A DNA stretch of 64,000 nt, taken from NCBI GenBank assembly GCA_023512345.1, contig JAILZT010000001.1, positions 290,084-354,083 on the forward strand, written 5' to 3'. Position 1 is the stretch's first letter, and every line of letters begins with the position of its first letter. The notes below the pieces were generated by a model. That model ran no database searches. It saw only the letters and a program-made list of their open reading frames with translations, and was not told the DNA's origin. The stretch comes from Paenibacillus sp. (lineage in GTDB: Bacteria > Bacillota > Bacilli > Paenibacillales > Paenibacillaceae). This document shows positions 18,128 to 29,400 of this stretch, one piece after another. The translations under genes were made by a program, and so were the position numbers.

Positions 18128-19270
18128 CTACTCCCAATAGAATGGGCCGGCTGCTTTGATCCGGGCCAGCGCTTCGACATAAAAGAAATCACCGTAGATC
18201 AGCGGAACATCTATATTCCGGTTCTCAGGATAGTTGCTTGTACCATGAAGCAGCAATCCTTCTTCATCGGCATCATCCCAGGTGCCGTAATTCCGGTAGA
18301 GGGATTCCGTAATTCTTAGAGCCCCGTTCCGATAGACATGAGCCTCGGAAGTCTCCACCTGACTTGCCAGCAGCAGCAAACCGCTCGCTGCACAGGAACC
18401 TGCGGAGGTATCACGGATCTCGCCAATTTCACCGGGAGCACGAAAATCCCAATGCGGAACCTGATCCTCCGGCAGACGGGTCAAGAAGAAATGCGCGACT
18501 TGCTTGGCCGCATTAAGGTAACTCTGCTTGCCGGTATGATGATAGGCCAGCGACAGGCCATAGAGCGCCCAAGCCGCACCACGCGACCAGGCCGATTCTG
18601 GTGCATATCCCTGTCCGCCCCGCTTCTCGACCACTTCGCCCGTTTCCGGATTGAAATTGACAATGTGATAGACGGAACCGTCCGGCCGGATGAAATGCTC
18701 CAGTACCGTATCCATATGCGCCTCAGCGATATGCCGGTAGCGCGGGTCCCCTGTTACTTTGGAAGCCCAGAAGAGCAGGCTGGTATTCATGCTGCAGTCA
18801 ATAATGGCAACCCCGCTGTTATCCTCGCCTTCTCTCCATGGATTCCAGGCCCGGATATAGCGGCCTTTGAGGTTGAACCGGGCGGCCAGATAGTTGGCAG
18901 CCTTGAGCGCCCGGACCCGTGATTCATCTGTGCCCGTGAGCTTGTAGTTGGCAACGCTGGTCAGCAGCCACATGAAACCCAGATCATGGTCCAGCTTCAC
19001 ATAACCATCCAACACCTCGTCAAGCCGTTCCTCGCAGCGCTCGGCAATTGCTTTCAAACTCTCGTCTCCGCTTGCTGCATAGAGCTGCCAGAGCATTCCC
19101 GGCCAGAAGCCGGCTGTCCACCAGCTCGGTGCCTCAAGCACGTACTTGCCACCTTGACTGGCATGGGGGAATTCGGCGCCGATTCTCCGGCTGTTCATTC
19201 TCGTCTTCTCAAGCGCGTGGCTCCACGCCTCTTCTACCCAAGCCTGCTGTACCGTTCCACTCATATACAT
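18128..19270 (-). CDS. glycoside hydrolase family 88 (unsaturated glucuronyl hydrolase)
   Basis: 380-aa ORF with WWTAGFWPGMLWQLY, DHDLGFMWL, RAWNPW and HWDF, the alpha/alpha-6 barrel motifs of UGL-type GH88. Confidence 0.85.
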   Translation of the reverse strand: MYMSGTVQQAWVEEAWSHALEKTRMNSRRIGAEFPHASQGGKYVLEAPSWWTAGFWPGMLWQLYAASGDESLKAIAERCEERLDEVLDGYVKLDHDLGFMWLLTSVANYKLTGTDESRVRALKAANYLAARFNLKGRYIRAWNPWREGEDNSGVAIIDCSMNTSLLFWASKVTGDPRYRHIAEAHMDTVLEHFIRPDGSVYHIVNFNPETGEVVEKRGGQGYAPESAWSRGAAWALYGLSLAYHHTGKQSYLNAAKQVAHFFLTRLPEDQVPHWDFRAPGEIGEIRDTSAGSCAASGLLLLASQVETSEAHVYRNGALRITESLYRNYGTWDDADEEGLLLHGTSNYPENRNIDVPLIYGDFFYVEALARIKAAGPFYWE

Positions 19271-19307
19271 ACCGCCTTTGTTTGAATTATAAGCTTAAAT
19301 CAATCAT

Positions 19308-21119
19308 TTATAGAAATTGAAAAGTGAATGCTAATTTGCCCTCCGCTCCAGGCTGAAGAACATGGAAGTCCAGACTGTACCAGAGCGTCTCCCGGCCAAA
19401 ATGATCCCGGTATTCATGCCCGGCAATCTCCGGCTGGACTACCAGCGGATCATAATTCACTTCAACACCGTTGCCAGCAGCCCCCGGCAGCAGCAAGGCA
19501 CCAGGGCGGAGTAGCTTAGGCTCACGCCAGGTTACGAACCGCTCCGTCCATCTCGCCGGCTTCCCTTCATACCGATAAGCGTCTGTTAGTTCCAGACGGG
19601 GAAGTTCCTCTTTATACCAAACCAGCGAACGCACTAAGGACTGCACTCCTGTTATCTGATACGCCTGTGTCATTTCCAGCGTCAGCTCATCTTGTTCTCC
19701 GGCCGCCGATGCGTGCAGCACCGTGGAATGGAACTCCCGGCCGGCCCCTTGATACTGGCCATCAATGATTGGCACCGAATGACCCTGCGATCCATTGCAG
19801 TCATACCGGTAACGGCCGGTACCGAAATAATCGGCGGTATACTCTCCGCTTCCCAGATCAGATGCGTAGATTTCTCCCCGGCCGCTCAGAATGAAATGGC
19901 CCAAATCATTATGGTTATGCGGTTCATCATTATGGCCGCCTTTGGCTGCAAATCCGAATGTACCCGCTGCCGATACATGACGGGAGACAAGCCAGGAAGC
20001 ATCAGGCAGATAACAACTGGCAGCTTCCCAAGCTTCGTCCTCCTTGCCGGCTTTGGACCATATCAGATTGCGCAGAGCCGGGGCAAATCGGCTGCAGTGA
20101 TCTTCTGTGTAGAGAGCGCGCAGAGCGGACGGCGGACGCAGGGTATCCGCACAGACTTCCGCCAGATAATGGGACAATCCCATATGCACACGTACCTGAG
20201 GCACTGAATCCGAGAAATTGGCCACATTACTTCCGTCAATGAAGCATTGTTGCTGGAAGCGGGCAATCTTGGATACTTTATCCAGCTGGAACCAGTCCAG
20301 TATACCTTCACTTCTGGAGCGGAGCAGATCACTGTAGTAGGTGAAATAGCCAAAACCATAGTTCCAGTAACCAAGCCCCTCAAGACAGGCTCCGTCATCC
20401 CCGAATCCTTCTAGGTAATACAACATGGCGCTTTCTGTTTTCAGCAAAATATCCGCTAGCATATCCGGGTCGCTCACAGACAGCAGGCCAGCTGCCCCGA
20501 TGGAGCCCGCACAGACCGCCGCCCAATTATGCCGTGCCGTCTCCCAATGGTAAGGCCCCTGCTCAAGAAAAGGCCGAAGCACTCTGAGCTCTATCTCATG
20601 GCGGATTCGGGAGCGGAGCGGCGGCGGAAGGCGGTCCCCCAGCAGCAGTGAAATTTCACTTAATGTAAATCCTGTCTCAGCGGAGAACAGATCGATATAC
20701 CGGTTGATGTCAGTGGCATTATGATCTGTGGGAAGATGGGCTGGAAGACACCAGGTGTATTCCTCGCATATTGCCCAAAGGGTATCCTCCAGCTTTTCCA
20801 GAACCCTCGCCTGATCCGACTCCAGCAAAGCCAGAAATACATAAGTATTCAGTCTTCTTCTTCGTTCAAAATAGACCCGTTCATATTCCAGCCTTGAACC
20901 TGTACGCGCAAAAGTAGAAAATAGCGTATTTGTCAGCTCCGGTATTGGCTGCCCGTCCAGCCTTTGCGCCTCCGAGTAGATCTCGCTAATGTCTGACTGT
21001 AATACTCCAGAAGATAATGCCTGAGTCCAAAAAGCAACCGAATCCCCATGCGGATAATACAAGCTCAGATCGGCCGGCTTCATTTCCTGCACTATTGCCA
21101 ATAGCTCCTGTTTGTTCAT
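19308..21119 (-). CDS. heparinase II/III-like polysaccharide lyase family protein
   Basis: 603-aa ORF with an N-terminal alpha/alpha toroid-like region. The C-terminus has GGHNDEPHNHNDLGHFILSGRGEIYASDLGSGEYT, typical of the Hepar_II_III domain. Confidence 0.8.
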   Translation of the reverse strand: MNKQELLAIVQEMKPADLSLYYPHGDSVAFWTQALSSGVLQSDISEIYSEAQRLDGQPIPELTNTLFSTFARTGSRLEYERVYFERRRRLNTYVFLALLESDQARVLEKLEDTLWAICEEYTWCLPAHLPTDHNATDINRYIDLFSAETGFTLSEISLLLGDRLPPPLRSRIRHEIELRVLRPFLEQGPYHWETARHNWAAVCAGSIGAAGLLSVSDPDMLADILLKTESAMLYYLEGFGDDGACLEGLGYWNYGFGYFTYYSDLLRSRSEGILDWFQLDKVSKIARFQQQCFIDGSNVANFSDSVPQVRVHMGLSHYLAEVCADTLRPPSALRALYTEDHCSRFAPALRNLIWSKAGKEDEAWEAASCYLPDASWLVSRHVSAAGTFGFAAKGGHNDEPHNHNDLGHFILSGRGEIYASDLGSGEYTADYFGTGRYRYDCNGSQGHSVPIIDGQYQGAGREFHSTVLHASAAGEQDELTLEMTQAYQITGVQSLVRSLVWYKEELPRLELTDAYRYEGKPARWTERFVTWREPKLLRPGALLLPGAAGNGVEVNYDPLVVQPEIAGHEYRDHFGRETLWYSLDFHVLQPGAEGKLAFTFQFL

Positions 21120-21190
21120 GCCTTTGTCCTCCTTATCGCTCAGTCAGATCGGTGCTGTACCTTATTCTCCGCTCAAGCGGCTGACTGCCT

Positions 21191-22339
21191 TTATTCCAAG
21201 GCATGATCCCGCAAGACATCTTCACCATCTGCTATTCTTAGTGAAGTCCATTTCATCTCTTCTCCCGACCAGAAGGGATCTGCCGGAAGAAGCCCCAGCG
21301 GTAGGAATACGGAAGCACATAAATACAGGCTGCCCGTATTGATATAGCTCTCCGCAAGCTCCGGCTGATAGCCGTACACCCCCGGACGCAGCCAACCGGC
21401 CTCATCCAACGTACCCGGAAATTTCATCGTCCGCGCGATCACAGCTGTCAAAGCACAGCGAACCTGTGCTGGAGTAAGTGCATCCTCCAAGAAATGCTGC
21501 AGCGCCGCCTGCGACAGCAACTGAAACGCACCAAAACGGTAAACGATCGAGCGCCCAATGAAAGGATAAGTACCGTCGGGTGCAATAATCCGTTCCAGAA
21601 CAGTCGCATATCTTTGTGCCCGTTCCATAATCAGGGGTTTCAGTGCAGCATACTGTTCCGACTCCTGTTCAAAAAGTCCCACAACATCCACCAACATCGG
21701 CTGAATCACAAAGCTGTTGTAATAATCCCAGTGAAAGTCCTTCCCGTCCCCGTAGACACCATCACCCTTGTACCAGTCCATGAACATATGAACCGCATAG
21801 CCGACACGCATCCGGTCATAGTCAGGATCACCGAGCATATACAAAGCTGCTTCCACCATTGCACTGAACAGCAGCCAATTACTGCCGCTTGGAGCGGTCC
21901 GGCGTGTCTGCTTCAGCGCTATGATTAAATTGCCTTTAACCCGTTCACTCAGCTGCCCCGTAAGTGTCTTCGGTGCGCGCACCAGCGCGTGGGCCAGGAA
22001 TGCCGCATCAACCAGCGGCTGGCCTTCGGTCTTGAATTCCATATAGTCAGGCGACTCCGGATCAACAGCGGCATCGATAGCTTCCAGCATCAGCCCGGCA
22101 TAGCGGGCTCTAAGCTGTTCTTCCTCACCCTCAAGTCCCTTAAGCTCAAGCCAAGGGGCCATCCCGCAAGCCAATCTCGCAAAAGCTTCTAGATGGGCAA
22201 ACTGGCTCCGTTCACTATTAAACTCCGTAGGCAATTTTTCTTTTAATTTCCGCTCTGCCAAAGCCTCCAGTACCGGTCCCCCGATAAGCAGCATCGTATC
22301 CAGCCAATATTTACGCTGTTCCTTACCATTCATGTACAA
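21191..22339 (-). CDS. uncharacterised helical-barrel-like protein, possibly a short DUF2264-type paralog
   Basis: 382-aa ORF, first gene of the operon. RKYWLDTMLLIGGPVLEAL...HLEAFARLACGMAPWLEL resembles the DUF2264 N-terminal pattern. The assignment is tentative. Confidence 0.45.
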   Translation of the reverse strand: MYMNGKEQRKYWLDTMLLIGGPVLEALAERKLKEKLPTEFNSERSQFAHLEAFARLACGMAPWLELKGLEGEEEQLRARYAGLMLEAIDAAVDPESPDYMEFKTEGQPLVDAAFLAHALVRAPKTLTGQLSERVKGNLIIALKQTRRTAPSGSNWLLFSAMVEAALYMLGDPDYDRMRVGYAVHMFMDWYKGDGVYGDGKDFHWDYYNSFVIQPMLVDVVGLFEQESEQYAALKPLIMERAQRYATVLERIIAPDGTYPFIGRSIVYRFGAFQLLSQAALQHFLEDALTPAQVRCALTAVIARTMKFPGTLDEAGWLRPGVYGYQPELAESYINTGSLYLCASVFLPLGLLPADPFWSGEEMKWTSLRIADGEDVLRDHALE

Positions 22340-22454
22340 TTCAACCCTTTCAAGTCTTCTTCTTCTATAGTTTAGTGTGGTATTATTGCAATGTCTTTGC
22401 GAATAGTGATCATTTATTGCATATATTGTGATTAATCTGAAAGGGGCAATTTCT

Positions 22455-23291
22455 ATGAAACATGCCCAGTACTATCAAACGTTCGACGGCGATATCCTGG
22501 CCGGTATCGGCAATTCACCAATCTCGCCGACAAGGGATTTCCACATCCATGACCACTATGAAATTTTCCTGTTTCTGGGTGGCAGGGTGAACGGATTTGT
22601 GGATCAGTACAGCTATCCGCTGCACCGGGGAAATGTTCTCTTATTCAACAATCACGAGATTCACAAAATCATTAATTTATCTCCAGAACCTTATGAACGG
22701 CTGACTATCCATTTCAAAGCATCAGTTGTATATCCTTTCTGCACAGCAACTACCAATCTGCTCGCCTGTTTCCAGAACCGTCAGCCCGGAGAGCATAATC
22801 TCGCACATATGGATGAACCGCTGCTTGCAGAGTATACGGCACTAGCTTCACATCTGATTGCAAGTTTGAAGAACCCGCAGTATGGCAGCGAGGTTCTGGC
22901 TCTGACTTACCTAATTCAGCTCCTGGTGCTCGTGAATGAGCTGTACAGCCGTACCCGTTCCGCCGTTCCCAGCGTTATTTCCTCACATATACAATCAGCC
23001 ATGAGTTATATCGACAATCACCTTCATCTGAATCTGTCACTGGAGCAGATTGCCGGCGAACTGAACGTTGATAAATATTATCTCAGCCATCTGTTCAAGC
23101 AGCAGACAGGCGGAACCATCTACCGTTATGTCCTGCTCAAAAAGATCGCGTTGTCCAAGCAGCTCTTGTCCGTCGGAAACTCCGTATCCGATACCTGCTA
23201 TCTGTCCGGCTTCAACGATTATGCCAATTTCATCCGCACCTTCAAGAACATCACGGGCATTCCGCCCGGCAAGTATGGTAAGAACAGCTGA
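22455..23291 (+). CDS. AraC-family transcriptional regulator (cupin sensor plus HTH_18)
   Basis: I take the ATG at 22455 after AAAGGGG as the start. The N-terminal cupin reads FHIHDHYEIFLFLGG, and the C-terminus LSLEQIAGELNVDKYYLSHLFKQQTG...FNDYANFIRTFKNITGIPPGKY is an AraC HTH. It is divergent from the lyase operon. Confidence 0.85.
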   Translation: MKHAQYYQTFDGDILAGIGNSPISPTRDFHIHDHYEIFLFLGGRVNGFVDQYSYPLHRGNVLLFNNHEIHKIINLSPEPYERLTIHFKASVVYPFCTATTNLLACFQNRQPGEHNLAHMDEPLLAEYTALASHLIASLKNPQYGSEVLALTYLIQLLVLVNELYSRTRSAVPSVISSHIQSAMSYIDNHLHLNLSLEQIAGELNVDKYYLSHLFKQQTGGTIYRYVLLKKIALSKQLLSVGNSVSDTCYLSGFNDYANFIRTFKNITGIPPGKYGKNS

Positions 23292-23424
23292 CCCTCTGAC
23301 ATTGGAGCAACAATGAACTGAGAGCAGCGGAAATGTTGTACTTTTTGCACTATTTTCACTGGAGAGTTAATGGTTGAGAGCACCAACTTTCTTTTCGGTA
23401 GTAAAAGAAGAATATTGTGAAAAA

Positions 23425-23461
23425 GAACCTGACAGTCCGCTAAATGCAGCCTGCCAGGTTC
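23425..23461. terminator. bidirectional terminator hairpin between the AraC gene and the giant SLH gene
   Basis: GAACCTGACAG-loop-CTGCCAGGTTC, with an A-run before and a T-run after. Confidence 0.7.
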
Positions 23462-23474
23462 TTTGAAATCCTAC

Positions 23475-26400
23475 TTACAAACTCCCAAGCAGATTAGAGA
23501 TAACTTGTGCACTCTCAGCGCGGGTCATTGTCTCTTGCGGCGCAAATTGCTTATTTCCGCGTCCCTTGATTAGACCCGCCTGTTCGGCGATGCCTGATGC
23601 ATTCTTCGCCCAGTCATGAATTTGGGAATAATCACTGAATGAGATGGCAGCCGTTTCACTTGTCTTGCTTCCCTGCAAGTATTCATAAGCCCGGACGATC
23701 ATTACAGCCATTTCCTCACGGGTAATTCTCTCATTCGGAGCGAATGCATCCTCGCTGCGTCCGAATACTATCCCCGCTTCATTTACAGCTGCAACAGCCT
23801 CGGCATACCAGGACTTGGAATTCACATCAACAAACGTTGATAGGCTTACCGCTTTAAGACTGAGCGCGCGTGTAATCATAGCAGCAAATTGCGCCCTTGT
23901 TACTTCCCCTTGCGGATTAAACTCCGTATTAGAAATACCTTCAATAATATGTTTCGCGGCCATGGACTTAATTACATCGCTCGCCCAATTATCGCTGCTT
24001 ACATCCGAGAACATCTTGTCATACTCCAGGACCACATACTGGCTTAAATGGATTATTTCGACAGACATCTTTTCTTCAGTCAGCGTTCCGCCCATATATT
24101 CAGGGCCACCATTAGCAGCAATATAGTAGACCCCGAGTAAGCTGCGGTTAGCAGCCGGATCTACAGTGAAGGTAAGCTTCAGCGGTTTATCAAAAGCGGT
24201 TACCGTTACGGCAGTTCCATCTGCAGCAATAACCTCCAGGCTGAAGTGAATCAAATCACTTGCCGCAGATAACTGAACGGAACCGTTGACAGCCGGATTA
24301 TTCATCAGCTGCTCCATATGTGCTTTAGCTGACTTCACGGCTGAGAGCTTAATTCTTGCTCCCTCTGTTTGGCCTCCAATAACCTTCTCCTGAATATTCT
24401 TCAGTACTTCAGGAGTCAGATCGACAGCAATTGTATTAAAGGCGAGACGCAGCGCGTTCTCTCCCGTAATTCCTGATAATCCTACTGGCAGCAATACGGA
24501 TTCTGTAGCTTCTGCAAGCTCAACTGTTATTACCCCTCCAACCGGAGCTGTGAAATCATTCAGGCCAAGAACCTTTATTGTCTGCGGCAGCGGTGTTGGT
24601 GTCTGTGTAACAGCTGGCGCAGGCGCTACTGTCGATACTGGCGCTTCCGTTGGAGCCGGTGTAGGTGTAGGCGTCACTACCGGCGGCTGGTCAACTTCGC
24701 CCACAGTTAGGGTTCTAATCACTTCGACAGCCGAGTTGCCCGCCGAATCAGTCACATTATAATGATACCTGTAGGTGCCTGCAGCCGAAGTATCCAGCGT
24801 TAGAACAGTCTCCCCATTCTTCGTAATTGTTGCCACAATGCGCTCCGTAATATCGCCGTCGCGGTCATCTGCCGCTGTAGCTCCGGTATCCGTATAGTTC
24901 GCCCCATTCTTCAGTTGAACGGATGGTTCACCAAGGAGGGTAATGACCGGCTTCGTTACATCCGGATCAAGTGCAACCACTACTTTTCTTGTCACTTCTA
25001 CAGCCGGGTTACCTGCAGCATCACTGACATTATAGTGGAGGGTATAAATATCTGCTTTCGCCACATCGATTGTAGTCAAGCCATAGACTTCACTGCTGAC
25101 AGTTGTAGTAATGCGGTCTGTAATATCGCCATCCACATCATCATAAGCAGTGGATCCAGCATCGGTATATTCGGAACCGACCGGCAGATTCACAATCGCA
25201 TCACCATTCAAGGTAATCACCGGCTGAACCGTATCCGGAACCGGCAGCGTGATCGTTCCGCTGGCTGTACTATCCGCTTTTGCCTCTCCTTTACTCAACG
25301 ATACTATGAAGGTAAAGCTGCCATCAGTGTCATCAGTTGCTTCCTGGAACGGTGACAATATGATATCACCCATGGTAACCCCGGTTGCGCTGAAGCCTGG
25401 CAATTCGCCTATTGTCTGCAGCAACCAAGTCTGTACAGCCTCCTCACTATTAGCTATTTCCTTCTTCACGTTGTATGTCGCGCCTTCAATGATGCTTTTA
25501 GCCTCATTTGCAGCCTGCTCATTGGCAACACTAACCATATCTCTGGCTACAGCCAAGTAGCTGATCAGAGGAGCCTGACTGAACGTATTGTTTACTGAAT
25601 ATTTCACGGTACCGCCCACTGGCAGCGTGAAATCATAATTAATCATAACCCCATTCGAACCTGCAACCAGGCCAGACCGAACTGTTTCACTCACTGCCTT
25701 CCCCTCAGTATCAGCATAGCTGAGCGTAATATCCATCGTACGACTGGTGTTGTTCCACCAGTCCCGGTGGTAAGACGTAATCGTATATTTACCTGCACTT
25801 AGAGGAAGTGTGTAAATCAGAGGTGTATTCTTCGTATTCGAACTGTATACACCTGTCTGAGTTTTATCTGTGGCGACTACAGCACCGCCAAGACCCTTGA
25901 GATTGTAGTTGGTACCCGTGTTGGTATGCCCCCATACCGTATTGCCGGTGGATAACTGGTCCGCCTTATTATTTAGCAGGCTGTCGCCCACGGAATTCTT
26001 GATTGCCGTGTATGACGGCGTTACACCATCTGCCGAGACACCAGTGTCCAGAAAGTACACGAGGCCTGCCGGCACCACTTCCACATACGCTATGGTTTTC
26101 AAGCTTCCATAGGTTCCAGTTACAGCTACCCGTTCATATGGAGTGTTGAAGCTGACCGCTTCCAGATTCCACTTCACGGATACCTGCACTTTGGTTCCAT
26201 CTTCACGTGTAGCTTCCAGCATAGCGGGAAGCTTCGGCAGTTTCCCCATATAAGTAGCCGTATCCTGAGGAGCGGCAAGCTCCCTAATATCTCCTGTAGT
26301 CAACTGATTCAGGGCGGAAGTCAGACGCGCTTCAAGCTGCGCAGCTCCTTCCTGATCCAATCTATATTGAACAGGATGATCCAGCGCTTCCTGTGCAGCT

Positions 26401-29400
26401 CCCTGTGCATCTGCGAAGAGCTCCCAGTCTCTGTCCAAATAATCATCTTGTCTGGTCACAACTTTCGCTGCTGCTACCACTGCCTGTAGAGCAGAAGTAT
26501 CCGCCGCACCGGTTACTTTGCCGGAAACAACAGCGACCGCATCTACAACCAGAGTGCCGCTTATTACCTTAATCTTCACTTGATGTTGGCCATATTTAAG
26601 TCCACGTAGTACGAATGTCTGGTACAGCTCCTTGGCAGCAATTGTATCGGCCGATAGAGCGGTAACCCTCCCGTCTACCGTTACCTCAAGCTTCGCCGAT
26701 CCGCTGTTTGGCCCCAAGATATCCAGTCCAGTACCTTCGAACGTATATTCCATCTCAGCGTTTACAGCCTGGCTGGTGGATTGGGAACGCTGGTAAATAT
26801 ACATGCCAGCTCCGTTCGTATGGCTCCACGACCCGCTGTATGTTAGATTTGCACTAGGTACAGCAGCCAGATCAAACATTTCAAGATTATCCAGAAGCTC
26901 AGAATAATAAGGTGCATATGCATCAACCTTCTCAACCTTCAAATTGTCGAACCGGACGTGATAATATCCACTGGCCAGATCTACGCGGCCTGACATTTTA
27001 GGGTTAGGGTCGGTATAGGAGGTCAGCTTCACATTGTCCAGATAGGCAGTCACTCTGTCACCTGCAACCTGAACGGCAATGTTATGCCATGCATCAAATG
27101 CGGTGTTAAATCCGTCGATCTTCGCACCACCGGAACCGCTTACGGCATTGCCGCTTGCTACTGCACTATTGTTGACCAGCAGCTGCCAGCCGCCGTCGCA
27201 CCAGAATTTCAACACATACGGTGTACCGGTTATGGATTGGGAGCTGCCGCCGCCCTGATACCGGGCACCTATTGCAGCATAATTGGCTCCGCCCTGGGTA
27301 TTATTGGTTTCAAACGAAACATCAACACTGGCCTTGTAGTTCGTCCACCGGTTGTCGCCGATAGCCGTTACAGGATCTCCGCCATTCCACGTTCCGCCAA
27401 GCCCCATGATTCCCGTATCCAACTGCTGGCGCAGGACATAGTTGTCCGATCCCTCCGGAAGATATGCCTCGAATGCGCCGTTGCGGTCATGGGTATAGCG
27501 CGGCATTGCACTTTGGGAACCTCCTCGGGATTCGATATAGCTCTGAGTACCATTCTCTTGTCCGCCTGCACCGATCTTCACAACGGTCCGGCCGGCATAG
27601 TCAAAATCATCGGCATACAAGATATTGTCCCCAATACTATGACCCTCTCCAGCAGCATCGGTATCCAGTACTGTGCGCTCACCTTCTACAGGCAGCGGTG
27701 TATTATACTCCTCTTTGTCCTTATTCTTCAAAGTGGACACAGTCACCGTCGAATAGGGTTTAACCTTAACGGTATACACTCCGCTGACATCAGCAGTTAC
27801 GTCTCCAAGATACTGCATATAATTGCTGTTGAAGGCTTCTCCTGCATCGGCCGCACGGGTTTCCCATACTTCCATGGATGGATTGTCCGTATAGCCCATA
27901 TTGACTGTCTGTAACTTGTAAATTTTGGAATACTCGCTGTCGTTCACGATAACTGTTGAGAAATCTTTTTTATCAGGTGCTGCAAGGGTTATATAGCTGG
28001 GGGTGCCATTGCGTCCGCTGACCGGGTTGGTGCCTGATGCACCGGTGTAGCTGGCCTGGGGAACCGCTCTCCATATACCCGCCGAATTATCTTCGTTCTC
28101 CCAGCCTATATTCGCAAAGCGGCTGAAATGCTGCAGAATGACAAGGCCGGCATCATAATGAATCCAGCCCGACCACGGGTCGCGCATGCTGAGCAGTTCC
28201 TTGAAGGAATATTGTCCACCTTCATAGAAGGAACCGATGGCCGGCTGGTAAATAAAGTGCGTCCGACGCGAATTGACGAATCCTTTAACAATCGTGTTGC
28301 CCATTTCCAGCGGGCCGCCTATGCCGCCAATCCCGGTTCCTGCCACTGTGGGATCCTTCATATTATTATTGGGGCGGAAGGAGGAATTGCTAAAAGTAGC
28401 CTGCGCCTCACTGTTCCATACCTCAATATCATATTGTTCCGCGAGCTTCTTGAAATTGCCTGCGCTGTCGTCTTCAGTGTTGTAGTGATATGCGGCAACC
28501 GGCACCGCCTCCCGCAGGGACGCGTCACTCACCATACTGGCTCCGAAGGAACCGATTCCGACTTCATCGGAAATCACAGACTTGATCCGGTTGTACAGTT
28601 CCCGCTCTTCGGTGCTGCTGAAGCCTTCGCTGTCTGTCTTGACTCTTTCGGCGTACTGTTTGGTCCACGCCAAATCCGGGGCATGCTCGTTGATATAGGG
28701 ATTGACGTAATCGGCCATATAGCCATACTGCCGATAAGCAGCTAGAATGGTTTTTTTGTACCAAGTATAAATTTTGTCGTTGTTATTCGCCCAGGCTGGA
28801 GCATTCCATCTCAGGATGCTCACTTTAAGATCGGGATTCACAGCCTTGGCATCCGCTGCAAGCTGGAAGCCGGGATGCCGTGTAACGTTGGCCTCTTCAT
28901 CGGCCGTACGCATGGTGGCCGGGTCGGGTCCGGTAGAGTTGTTCCGGTCATTTCCCATCTCGATCTTCACATGTGTCATGATCGGATGTTCTCCGCCGAA
29001 CAGGATCTGCAGCATTTCTTTGTAGGCTTCGGGATGCTCAGCCTTATAATCCATCAGCAGGGCACTTGTGCTATTAGCACTCAGTACGCCAAATCCTTTG
29101 AACGTGAGACCGTTGACATTATCCGTTTGGATATTGTTGCCGTCGAGCAGAACTTTGACTGTAGAAACTGCAGTCTGGCGGGCGTCATCAATCGCTTGCT
29201 TAATTCCACCCTTGGCAACAGCAAACCAGCTCAGAATAGGTTTCTCACCGGATACATAAGCATAGGTCAAGGTCATAGGACTACTAGTATCGATATCCCC
29301 AGGAATGATGAACTCTCCGGAAATAAACTTAGTCGCATTCGTGTCGAATTGTGCAAACGAGATCGTCTTGGTTGCTCCAGATGTATCCATATATTCAATC

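Noticed and set aside
24582-24695. Repetitive GGTGT/GGCGC-rich DNA that could look like a short tandem repeat array.
   Set aside because: It encodes the Pro/Thr-rich interdomain linker (VVTPTPTPAPTEAPVSTVAPAPAVTQTPTPLP) of the giant protein. It is not a CRISPR or a non-coding repeat.
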